From a virus, in IMG/VR virus record IMGVR_UViG_3300008735_000002, positions 32,001-96,000 of that record: 64,000 nucleotides of DNA; one strand, written 5' to 3'. Positions 25,247-33,751 of the stretch are shown piece after piece. The notes below the pieces were generated by a model. The model was given only the letters and a program-made list of their open reading frames with translations, was not told the origin of the DNA and ran no database searches. A program made the translations under genes and the position numbers. Position 1 is the first letter of the stretch, and every line of letters starts with the position of its first letter.

Positions 25247-26433
25247 TCATTTAGATCAGGCAGATCATCAAGGTTAATTTCCATTGCAGCTGCTCGCACC
25301 TCTTCGTAAGACTCAGTGTCAAGCGTCGCATGCTCATCATCAGACATTTTTCTAATCATACACGCGCTAAGAAGAGAATCGATATAACGTCTATATGCAG
25401 TGTCTTTCCACACACCACCAAAATCAGCCTTGTAGAATTTCTTTTCTATCTCTATTTCACCAGTCTTTGTGTCGGTCACTGTTAGATTCTTCCACGCGCT
25501 GGTTCCCTTTACACAAATTTCTTTTCCATCGATAATTTCAGGACCGTGTTTTCTTAGCTCGTCAAATACTTGCTCATGTTCCACAATCCCTTTGCCGAAG
25601 TGTATCTCGAAATTACACTCTCTGAAGGGCGGCGCAACCTTATTCTTAATAGTCTTAGCACGAACGTGAATGCCAATAACCTCTTTATTTTTATTGGTGA
25701 TCTGCTGTCCTGCTCCCAGCTTGATTCGTACTGATGAATGGAAAGGTATCGCCTTACCACCGGGGGTTGTAGTGGGGTCACCGTACATGACTCCGATCTT
25801 TGTTCGAATTTGGTTTAGACAAATGAATAGCACGTTCTGGTTCGCAATAACCCCCGTAATTTTTCGCATTCCCTTAGAAATAGCTCTAGCCTGTAGGCCT
25901 ATAGAATTTTGTTCATAAGTTCCATCTAGCTCAGCCTTTGGAGATGAAGCCGCAACAGAATCCCAAATAATCGTAACGGGAACGTCTTTATCCATCGCTT
26001 TTGCTTTTAGTATCGTTGATTCCGCGATGCCTAAAACCTCTTCTGTGCAGTGCGTGTCGACATACACAAAACGCTTTGTGATGTCAACCCCAAGCAACCC
26101 AAGATTTTCAACAGACGTTGCATTTTCAGTATCGATGTAAACAACAATACCGCCCAACTGTTGGGTTGAGCGAGCTATCTGAATTGCAATATGAGATTTT
26201 CCTATTGAAGGAGGACCGAATATCTCTATGATTCTTCCTTCTGGTAAGCCGCCATCACTGCGATTTGCGATGATGTAATCAAGCTGTTCTGAGCCAGTGC
26301 TAATCCATCGATTAACATGAGTTGGTGACTCATCGGTTGAAAGATTATACGCCACTCTAGAACCATGCTCTTTATTAAGAGACTTGATTAGGTCAGAAGT
26401 GAAATCATCGCCGCCACCTTTTTTCTTTGCCAT
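25243..26433 (-). CDS. recA: RecA/UvsX recombinase
   Basis: GRIIEIFGPPSIGKS, YIDTE, IWDSVAA, NQIR, PGGKAIPFHSSVRI and KNKVAPPFR; start at 26433 (GAGGT RBS). Confidence 0.93.
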   Translation of the reverse strand: MAKKKGGGDDFTSDLIKSLNKEHGSRVAYNLSTDESPTHVNRWISTGSEQLDYIIANRSDGGLPEGRIIEIFGPPSIGKSHIAIQIARSTQQLGGIVVYIDTENATSVENLGLLGVDITKRFVYVDTHCTEEVLGIAESTILKAKAMDKDVPVTIIWDSVAASSPKAELDGTYEQNSIGLQARAISKGMRKITGVIANQNVLFICLNQIRTKIGVMYGDPTTTPGGKAIPFHSSVRIKLGAGQQITNKNKEVIGIHVRAKTIKNKVAPPFRECNFEIHFGKGIVEHEQVFDELRKHGPEIIDGKEICVKGTSAWKNLTVTDTKTGEIEIEKKFYKADFGGVWKDTAYRRYIDSLLSACMIRKMSDDEHATLDTESYEEVRAAAMEINLDDLPDLNE

Positions 26434-26451
26434 ATTATTACCTCGTAAAAG

Positions 26452-26480
26452 ATTATAGGAAAAAAAGCTGTAGTGTTCAA
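26452..26480 (-). promoter_or_regulatory. Sigma70-type promoter for recA
   Basis: TTGAAC - 17 nt - TATAAT, immediately after a terminator. Confidence 0.7.
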
Positions 26481-26482
26481 AT

Positions 26483-26512
26483 AAAAAGGGAAGAGGCAAC
26501 GCCTCTTCCCTT
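26483..26512 (-). terminator. Rho-independent terminator after ssb
   Basis: Stem AAGGGAAGAGGC/GCCTCTTCCCTT with a 3-nt loop, followed by a T-tract on the minus strand. Confidence 0.8.
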
Positions 26513-26539
26513 GGGTGAGATGATCTCGTAGACTACAGA

Positions 26540-27334
26540 CTAAAAGTCGTCATCCTCAAGATCGGCGAACGCGTCATCAAGGCTCTTGAACTTAGACTCG
26601 ATATTTTTTGGTGCGGAGCTAGTGGTAGTATTACCGTTGAATCCGCGGCTCGTTCCACCCTCATCTGTTTCAGCGTCATCACCTTCTAGCCAATCGTTGA
26701 TAATCTTCGCTAGCGCTTCATACGCCTTCGCTTCATAAAGATCGTCGATTACTGGAATCGATTCTGTCCATGTTGCAGCCTGCTTATTATCCTTAGAAAG
26801 AGGTGATTGCTTTCCTCGTGGACGGACTTCAGTCGTCGCCCACATGCGTCCCGGCGCCTTGGTACAGATTACCTTAACATCACGACCATCAGTCGGGTCA
26901 GTAATATCGCCGTAATCTTCATCGAGCATAATGTTCAGCAAGGACTGATAAACTGTCTTACCGAAAGACCAGACTCGAACACCCTTATCTTCTTCGCCGC
27001 GAACGATTACCGGGGCATAATAGCGAGCCTTAGGATATAGCTTCTTACAAAGCTCGTAAGACTCCTTTGTGCCCTCATCCCTAAGCTTGGTAATCAACTC
27101 CTGAACAGGGTCTGGATTACCGAACTGGTAAGGTGCTAGAAGACCGGGATTATTTCCGATGTTATAATAAAACCAACGCTCTGAGAATGGAAGTCCATCA
27201 TCATTATCGCTGAATGCCATAAGACGAACTACGCTTTCTTCGCCTTCTTGGGGACGCCAAAGTACATTTCGACGTGAGTTATTGCCAGATAGCTGGCCAA
27301 GCTTCTTACGAAGCGCTTCCATATCAATTGCCAT
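26540..27334 (-). CDS. Single-stranded DNA-binding protein (T4 gp32-like)
   Basis: WRPQEG....VRL, YYAPVIVRGEEDKGVRVWSFGKTVY, DITDPTDGRD and an acidic tail ending DAFADLEDDDF. Confidence 0.85.
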   Translation of the reverse strand: MAIDMEALRKKLGQLSGNNSRRNVLWRPQEGEESVVRLMAFSDNDDGLPFSERWFYYNIGNNPGLLAPYQFGNPDPVQELITKLRDEGTKESYELCKKLYPKARYYAPVIVRGEEDKGVRVWSFGKTVYQSLLNIMLDEDYGDITDPTDGRDVKVICTKAPGRMWATTEVRPRGKQSPLSKDNKQAATWTESIPVIDDLYEAKAYEALAKIINDWLEGDDAETDEGGTSRGFNGNTTTSSAPKNIESKFKSLDDAFADLEDDDF

Positions 27335-27394
27335 TTTTTCTCCAAATGTTTAGTGTGCAATGTTTAATTGTCATGTGTCCGTAAGGACATTTAT

Positions 27395-27423
27395 AGTATA
27401 ATAGTTGGTAGTCAGTTTTTCAA
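27395..27423 (-). promoter_or_regulatory. Sigma70-type promoter for ssb
   Basis: TTGAAA - 17 nt - TATACT. Confidence 0.65.
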
Positions 27424-27424
27424 A

Positions 27425-27673
27425 TTATTTTTTAGCTATTTTTGCGCCGCCAAAAGCTGAAGCGTTTGCCTTCTCGGCATCCTTACGCCTTTTCCTTCTT
27501 TCTCCAGAAGGACCGCGACCTAAGGGAACCATAGGCCCCGGGACGCCACCAGAACTTTGCTCATCATGGTGGCTCTCATCATCATCTTCCCTCTCATCCT
27601 CTGCACTTAGATCAGGTTCACCCAGAACTTCTTCTTCAATCAAGAGTCGTATGTATTCCCGAAGGCTATCCAT
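27425..27673 (-). CDS. Small protein with an N-terminal LREYIRLLIEEE motif; possible head-associated protein
   Basis: 82 aa; acidic then basic segments; the motif is shared with other ORFs in this window. Confidence 0.6.
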   Translation of the reverse strand: MDSLREYIRLLIEEEVLGEPDLSAEDEREDDDESHHDEQSSGGVPGPMVPLGRGPSGERRKRRKDAEKANASAFGGAKIAKK

Positions 27674-27681
27674 ACTTTTAA

Positions 27682-28521
27682 TTATTCAGAAAAACGATGT
27701 TTGGGCTCTATTTCGAAATATTGCGGCTCAACTTTAGAAAGATTTTCAACGAGCCATTGACACTCACGTTCTGCGGCGTCTTTCGTGTTCGTGGCTTTCC
27801 ACCAACAAACAAGATCAGGATTCCAACGATATCGACCCTGCTTTAAGATTACATTCTCTTCCCGCAAAGATCCAGCTGCAAATACATGATAATCTGGAGC
27901 TACAGCATTCTCAAGAAGCTCTTTCATGTAATGTTTCTTTCGTAGGAGATGAAGAGTCGCATCAACATCTGACTCTGCGTTATGGGAATCGTAATAGAAG
28001 CCGTGCCATGCACACAAGACCTCTAAAGCCTTAGAGCACCGAACCGTACCAGTCCAATCAACTTGAGACATCGAACAACCCCAGATGGCATCTTCGGGCA
28101 CGGAGCATCCGTTATTTCTTATGGCTTGCTCTATCCACTTTCTATCAAAAGAAGCATTATGAGCGATGATGAATTGACACCGTCCAAGGATAGATGAAAT
28201 GCGATCCCATGGGATTGACTTACCCTCCAAGTCTTCATCCACAAACCCGGTTATCTCTGTAATAATCGAAGGTAGTGGAGAGGAGGGCTGTTGCATTTCG
28301 ACGAGCGTTTTCTTTAGTCCGGAGACTTCACCCGTTTTAAGGCTTACAAAAAATGGACGGACCGCAATTTGGATCACTTCATCTTTCTGGTGGTTAAGCC
28401 CGGTTGTCTCAACATCTACAATAGCAGCAACTACGTCACCATCTTCCGGGGTTCGATCTGGTGGCCTTAAAGCATCCAGCTTACTTAAGATAATCTGTCC
28501 GTCTTGTTCTAAATGCTTCAT
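27682..28521 (-). CDS. DEDDh 3'-5' exonuclease (Pol III epsilon-like)
   Basis: IVDVETTG, IAHNASFD and HNAESD. Confidence 0.9.
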   Translation of the reverse strand: MKHLEQDGQIILSKLDALRPPDRTPEDGDVVAAIVDVETTGLNHQKDEVIQIAVRPFFVSLKTGEVSGLKKTLVEMQQPSSPLPSIITEITGFVDEDLEGKSIPWDRISSILGRCQFIIAHNASFDRKWIEQAIRNNGCSVPEDAIWGCSMSQVDWTGTVRCSKALEVLCAWHGFYYDSHNAESDVDATLHLLRKKHYMKELLENAVAPDYHVFAAGSLREENVILKQGRYRWNPDLVCWWKATNTKDAAERECQWLVENLSKVEPQYFEIEPKHRFSE

Positions 28522-28545
28522 TAACGCTCCACAAATGCTATTAAA

Positions 28546-28574
28546 ATAATAGAGCCAACTTGCAAAGTGTACAA
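28546..28574 (-). promoter_or_regulatory. Sigma70-type promoter for the DEDDh exonuclease
   Basis: TTGTAC - 17 nt - TATTAT. Confidence 0.6.
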
Positions 28575-28581
28575 CCTAAAG

Positions 28582-29091
28582 TTACCAGCTCCCCTTTATT
28601 TCTGAAGCGTAAACAACTACACCTTCACCGTCCACTTGGATCTGAAGCGGTTCATTCGATTTTAGTAAGCCAGCTTTCATAGCTCCCATCAAAGTATGGT
28701 GAAGAAACTTCGCTCCATTCCGGGCGTTTAATTCGCCCATTGAAATACGAAGGCCAGGATTACCACCCTTCGAAACTTTCTTAACGCCGCCGTAGGCTAA
28801 CTGCATTACCTCTGCACCCCCGATGGCTTGCTGGATAATCTTTCCAGCACCGTCGAAGTTAGAACCACCGCTCGATACCTCGAGGTTCTTCATCAACTGC
28901 TTGGGGTCCTTTGTCGCCAACGCACCAGCATCCGCGACAGCTTTGGTGAACGCGCCTCCGCCAACTGACAAACCGATCTCACCCGCTTTTATCTTTACAA
29001 CTTTCTTCTTATTACCACGCCCTTTCGGTTTTTCTTCTTCACCCTCGGTGAGGACTTGTTGAATAATTTGTCTTATCTGTTGCTCATTCAT
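28582..29091 (-). CDS. Hypothetical protein with an N-terminal IRQIIQQVLTE motif
   Basis: 169 aa ORF overlapping the upstream stop. Confidence 0.65.
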   Translation of the reverse strand: MNEQQIRQIIQQVLTEGEEEKPKGRGNKKKVVKIKAGEIGLSVGGGAFTKAVADAGALATKDPKQLMKNLEVSSGGSNFDGAGKIIQQAIGGAEVMQLAYGGVKKVSKGGNPGLRISMGELNARNGAKFLHHTLMGAMKAGLLKSNEPLQIQVDGEGVVVYASEIKGSW

Positions 29092-30280
29092 AATGGTTAA
29101 ACTCTTTTATCTTAAGTGGAAAATTTCCTAATCCCGGTACGCTGTACCCTATATCTACATATCTTTTAATATCGTCTAAATGCTCATTATTAACATCAAT
29201 AATCAACGCATCGTGAATTACGAAAAGTGGACGGCACTGTTTCGAAAACTTCTGCACAAAATGACTAAACCCCGCAATCGCGACATCAGCAGCAGTCGAC
29301 TGAAGATAATTATTGATTAGAATACTTTCTCTTGCATTATCGACATCAATTGGCCGACCAAAATAATTCTGTATAATACCTTCTTTTGCTTGCTGAAACA
29401 AATGCCTCTTTAACGCTGATAGCTTGAAATATTCACTCACAGCACGTACAAGTTGTCTAGCAGTTATATCGACAGTCTCGGTAGCCAACAGTTTATTAAG
29501 CCTGGAATTACCTGCCCCATAAAGCGAACAAAGCACCGCGAGCTTCGCAGTGTCCCTTGATACTTTGACCCCCGTAGTTTCGAGGAAAGAAAGATACACG
29601 TCATTTGACGCATGCACATTCGCAAAGTTTAAAGCGACTCTTGGTTCGAGAGAAACAAAGTCAATTTCGAATAATCTCGAATTAGATTTTCTTGGTGCGA
29701 AAATACTTCGAAATTCTTTCTTAAGCGTCAAAACTTGCGGACCTGATTTGATGGTCAACCTGCCCGTCTTTGTAGAAACCCTATCATAGAATGGTACGTT
29801 TAGCAAGGAATCATGAGAACCAGACAACATATGACGAAGCACATGAGAATCGTTAGTTCGAATGAGTTTCTGTAATAAGACTTTGTCCACCTTCGCGCGC
29901 TCAAGTCTTGAAAACAATCGATTCGAATCTACAAAGAACGATGGATATTTGCTTTCAACAAAAAGCTCTTCTATCTTCGCCAGGTCTTCGACATAACTCC
30001 TAAAATTTTCCTTAAAGACTTCCCGCGGTAGAACAAATCTCCATGGAATTATCTTGGGGCCGTTTAGGTCTAAAAAGCTCTTTCGAAATTTTGCAGGTAC
30101 AAAGTCTGGCATTTCTATACCATACAAACGTAATAGCGGCTCAAGAGAATCTGGTCGACCCTCACATCCCAGCACAAAATACTCACCGACCCCAATATCG
30201 CTAGTCCACCTAACCTGATTACCGCTAATGACCATGTGAGTCTCGGTCCCTAGATAATTTTTATGTAAGAGAATCGGCAT
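29084..30280 (-). CDS. Compact family A DNA polymerase (polymerase domain only)
   Basis: TKTGRL, motif A DFVSLEPR, motif B RDTAKLAVLCSLYG, NYFGR, NNYLQSTAAD and motif C VIHDA; no exonuclease domains. Confidence 0.85.
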   Translation of the reverse strand: MPILLHKNYLGTETHMVISGNQVRWTSDIGVGEYFVLGCEGRPDSLEPLLRLYGIEMPDFVPAKFRKSFLDLNGPKIIPWRFVLPREVFKENFRSYVEDLAKIEELFVESKYPSFFVDSNRLFSRLERAKVDKVLLQKLIRTNDSHVLRHMLSGSHDSLLNVPFYDRVSTKTGRLTIKSGPQVLTLKKEFRSIFAPRKSNSRLFEIDFVSLEPRVALNFANVHASNDVYLSFLETTGVKVSRDTAKLAVLCSLYGAGNSRLNKLLATETVDITARQLVRAVSEYFKLSALKRHLFQQAKEGIIQNYFGRPIDVDNARESILINNYLQSTAADVAIAGFSHFVQKFSKQCRPLFVIHDALIIDVNNEHLDDIKRYVDIGYSVPGLGNFPLKIKEFNHYE

Positions 30281-30314
30281 CCTTTAATTTAAGAAGAAGA
30301 ATGCTATTGTTCAG

Positions 30315-33300
30315 CTAATCAGCTTCGGAAAGAGCCGACAAGGCAGTTTTCACATTTCCAAACATACTGATGTATTTACCAAACGCATCAACCTGAGTCA
30401 TCTTCAATTTCGTCTCAAATTTCCCTTGCTCTATAGTATGATCGATACCTGTCACAACAAACACGTTGTCGATTGTCGTGCCAGTTCCAAAATCGACAAA
30501 AAACTGCTGGCCATAACTCACCATCGGACAGCCATACGTCGACAATGAAAGCGAAACAGGGGTTGTCTGCAACGGAAGTCCTGCATCACGCGATCCTTGT
30601 GGACCATCGCCACCACCCTGACCGGCGCGCAGCATATTAACAGAAGCTAATTTAGAATTATTCATTGATGATAGATCAGCGCTCAATACAGCAGAGTTTG
30701 AACTACCGTAAATTATCGACGGCATGCTACTCATCATAAAGTTTTTCAAGGCTGGAAAACCACCTTTCATCCTAAAATATGTTTCATCTAAATCAATGTC
30801 TGATAGCTGTGGAGGATCTGTTGTTGTAGTCGGAACTGGCTCCATAATACCCGCATCCATTGCGGCCTGTAGGCCTTCGTAGAAAGCTGTCGTGTGATCC
30901 ACACTCGCTCCTTCAGTACTAGAATCCGCATCCTCAACTTCGCCTGGGACGCCGCCGGCGGCTGATGAAAGCAAACCGATAGAATCGCTCCTTGCAGCGG
31001 TCATCATTTTCATGAGGGACGGATAGGCACCACAAGTGGTGTCATAAACATGGATGCGTAATATCGTGCCCCTCTTTCCTCGGGGATGAGTACCGACTTT
31101 ACAAGGTACCGCTTGCATCTCCATCTTGATACGTGGCATCTTGAATTCAATGTCTGCATCTTCTCCATAGGCATCTTCTAAACGCTTTTTCTTTTCATCA
31201 TTTAGCGCAGTAGCATCCTCTGAAAATTCTTCCTTCATCGACGTCTCGCCCTCATCATCAGTTTCATAAAGGGCCGTGAGACCGTAAACATAAGATGCCT
31301 GATTGTGAATAAATTCTTTCGAAACAAAGCTCAAAAAAGCGCTAAGAGGAATATTGACAGTCGTCTGTGTCCGCTCTTCGAACTTTGCCTCAAAATCTTC
31401 AATTCTTATCGGGATCTGGGCAATATTCAATATTGATAAATAACTTGATTTATCGTTGACAGGATAAAAGACAAACTGAATCTCGTCAAAGCGCCTGGTC
31501 GATGCCAGCGGTTTTCCAACCATATACAACAACATTGCCCCAAAAGAAACAAATTTTGGATCGTTATATCTCGCATTCACATACTTGGTACTACCATGAG
31601 CGCCCCGAACAGTGAAGGCAAATGGATCCTTACCGTTTTGGCGCATACTCTTTAAGTGCTGGATCTTTGACGCGACGGCATCTGCAATTGTTTGTTTTGC
31701 TGCTTCCGCTACACCACCCGTCCCGCTAGACCCGAACATTTCTTCTAAAGTGTCTCGTAGATCCGCTGTCGCTGGATCAGTTGTATTTCTCTTGGCAGCA
31801 ATAAAGGCTTTTATGGCGTCAGCAGTCTCTTGATCAACAGTCATTGCAGAACTAGTATCAGAAGCTGCTGTCATAAAAGACGACCCAAACATGTCTTTAG
31901 CTGCCGCTGTATCACCCGTTGCTTCAGCATCATCCATAATCTGCTCTTTAATAACCGCAATCGCTTCAGTCAACTCTTTCATAACCTCTAATACGTTATC
32001 AACATCTTCTCCCTGGCTAAGGTTCGCAGTATCAACATTAGCAGAGCCCTTCATAGAAAGCTTAAGCTTGATCTTAACCTGACCCACTTCATCAAATGAA
32101 AATGAGCTATTAACGACCATATATTTTTTAGTGACCTTCATTAAGTCTAGGAACGCGCCGTAGAAATTACCAGAAAGCTGGCCCGCATTTGGGCCGGCTG
32201 CTATTGTATGACCAGAAGGATCGGGATGAGACCACCCGTAGGTTATCAAGAGTTCAGTATGTCCGTATAAGTCTGGTTTAACAAATTCAGATATTTCTGA
32301 TATTCGAGACCTGTCATGCATGGTCAGAGACAATTCAGCTGTTTCATGAGACATCATTCCTGAGGAGGGTGTGACAGAAACACTAAACCCCTCAATCGAC
32401 ATCATGGGCCTAAAAGGATCTATGATCCCTGCGCCACGACGTCCACCGACAGATGGAAGATCTTCTACATCACCACTTGACCCTCCAGAAGCTGCCTGGA
32501 AAGGCTCATAATCTTCATAACGCTCCATTCGAGCATCGGGCCCTGTACCGATAACTGGTACAAGGGTTTGTGGCGCAGTAAACATCTCCATACCAGATGT
32601 TGCGATAGCTGGATCCGGGTCTTCCTCTTCATCTGCATCTTCACCAGGAGGGTACGCGGCATCATACGCGTCAGCCGCTTGTTGTTGTTGTTCAAATTCA
32701 TAAAGCGCGGACTCGTCTAAAGCAGATGCCATAAAATAATCTGCTGTATCCTCTTCAATCTGACTACTACCTAGCAAAAATTGCATCAGTCCCATAGTCT
32801 GAATTCGATTGTCATCCCCAAGAGAACGCCTATTAGTGATCACCGTTATGTCAAGATAAGGTTGGCATCTCGAAATTTCTAAAGTCGGTAATGAAGTCAT
32901 GAAAAGCGCAACAGCACCAGTGTCTCTTTTTGCGGGGGTCAACTTAGGACTCAAGATCTGAAGTGCACCAAGACTGGGGGTGAATTTCGTTGGTGAAGCA
33001 AACGCACCATTGATTGCGCCTTCACCTTCGTCAGTGATTTTGCAACAGTCTTTTACTGAATATCTACTGACTATCCACTCCCCCGCACCGGTGGGGACTC
33101 CCGAAGGTAAAGATACGCTTTCAAAAGCTTCCGGCTCACCCACAAAACGATAAAGTTTCTTTGACAACGCAGTCATGTCTGAAACTTCTCCAGACGTAGA
33201 ACCATTCATCAAATCCACAAGTCCCTGAAATCCCTGCATCAGAGTAACGCCACCCTCTGTTGTATTGGTAAACGCCCGTATAACCTTGGCCATCTCAGGG

Positions 33301-33449
33301 TTGGGGTCTAGATTCACAGTTCCGAAATCGCTGATAGAGTCATCATCACCAAAAGCAAGAAGTGACATAAAGTCTTCTTTAGAAACTATACTGAAATAGC
33401 GTCCTAGCTTGTCAACAATGTCTCCTAATCTATCATCATATACTGCCAT
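30315..33449 (-). CDS. Large baseplate hub-like structural protein
   Basis: Position after the LysM/gpX-like gene; the C-terminus (SLSTYGCP...VTGIDHTIEQGKFETKLKM) resembles gp27/gpD-type hub proteins. Confidence 0.55.
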   Translation of the reverse strand: MAVYDDRLGDIVDKLGRYFSIVSKEDFMSLLAFGDDDSISDFGTVNLDPNPEMAKVIRAFTNTTEGGVTLMQGFQGLVDLMNGSTSGEVSDMTALSKKLYRFVGEPEAFESVSLPSGVPTGAGEWIVSRYSVKDCCKITDEGEGAINGAFASPTKFTPSLGALQILSPKLTPAKRDTGAVALFMTSLPTLEISRCQPYLDITVITNRRSLGDDNRIQTMGLMQFLLGSSQIEEDTADYFMASALDESALYEFEQQQQAADAYDAAYPPGEDADEEEDPDPAIATSGMEMFTAPQTLVPVIGTGPDARMERYEDYEPFQAASGGSSGDVEDLPSVGGRRGAGIIDPFRPMMSIEGFSVSVTPSSGMMSHETAELSLTMHDRSRISEISEFVKPDLYGHTELLITYGWSHPDPSGHTIAAGPNAGQLSGNFYGAFLDLMKVTKKYMVVNSSFSFDEVGQVKIKLKLSMKGSANVDTANLSQGEDVDNVLEVMKELTEAIAVIKEQIMDDAEATGDTAAAKDMFGSSFMTAASDTSSAMTVDQETADAIKAFIAAKRNTTDPATADLRDTLEEMFGSSGTGGVAEAAKQTIADAVASKIQHLKSMRQNGKDPFAFTVRGAHGSTKYVNARYNDPKFVSFGAMLLYMVGKPLASTRRFDEIQFVFYPVNDKSSYLSILNIAQIPIRIEDFEAKFEERTQTTVNIPLSAFLSFVSKEFIHNQASYVYGLTALYETDDEGETSMKEEFSEDATALNDEKKKRLEDAYGEDADIEFKMPRIKMEMQAVPCKVGTHPRGKRGTILRIHVYDTTCGAYPSLMKMMTAARSDSIGLLSSAAGGVPGEVEDADSSTEGASVDHTTAFYEGLQAAMDAGIMEPVPTTTTDPPQLSDIDLDETYFRMKGGFPALKNFMMSSMPSIIYGSSNSAVLSADLSSMNNSKLASVNMLRAGQGGGDGPQGSRDAGLPLQTTPVSLSLSTYGCPMVSYGQQFFVDFGTGTTIDNVFVVTGIDHTIEQGKFETKLKMTQVDAFGKYISMFGNVKTALSALSEAD

Positions 33450-33454
33450 TAGGT

Positions 33455-33751
33455 CTATCCAATGAGTGCCACAATCTGACCGATGTCTGTGGGAATTTTA
33501 AGATATATTCCTGCCGGCACCTGTAAACTCCACCCAATTCCACTCGCACCTGCGATTACCCACCACAAAGAACCATCACCATAAAAATCTCCAGCGATAA
33601 CATCTAATCGTTGAGCTTCTTTCGTTATGTGACCTTTCCAAGCTATCGAACCAGCCGCGACAGCGGATGCCACGATATAACATGCATCAAAAGTCCCATA
33701 AAACTTTCCATTAGCTAACTTTGGTGCTCTCTGATATCTGTTAATAGGCAT
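33455..33751 (-). CDS. LysM/gpX-like baseplate wedge protein
   Basis: RLDVIAGDFYGDGSLWWVIAGAS....QVPAG..LKIP. Confidence 0.8.
   Translation of the reverse strand: MPINRYQRAPKLANGKFYGTFDACYIVASAVAAGSIAWKGHITKEAQRLDVIAGDFYGDGSLWWVIAGASGIGWSLQVPAGIYLKIPTDIGQIVALIG

Noticed and set aside
9014-26433. Inteins or introns in dnaE, nrdJ, dnaB and recA, which are common insertion targets
   Set aside because: The ORFs are uninterrupted and of normal length, with no Cys/Ser...His-Asn intein ends or homing-endonuclease motifs seen.
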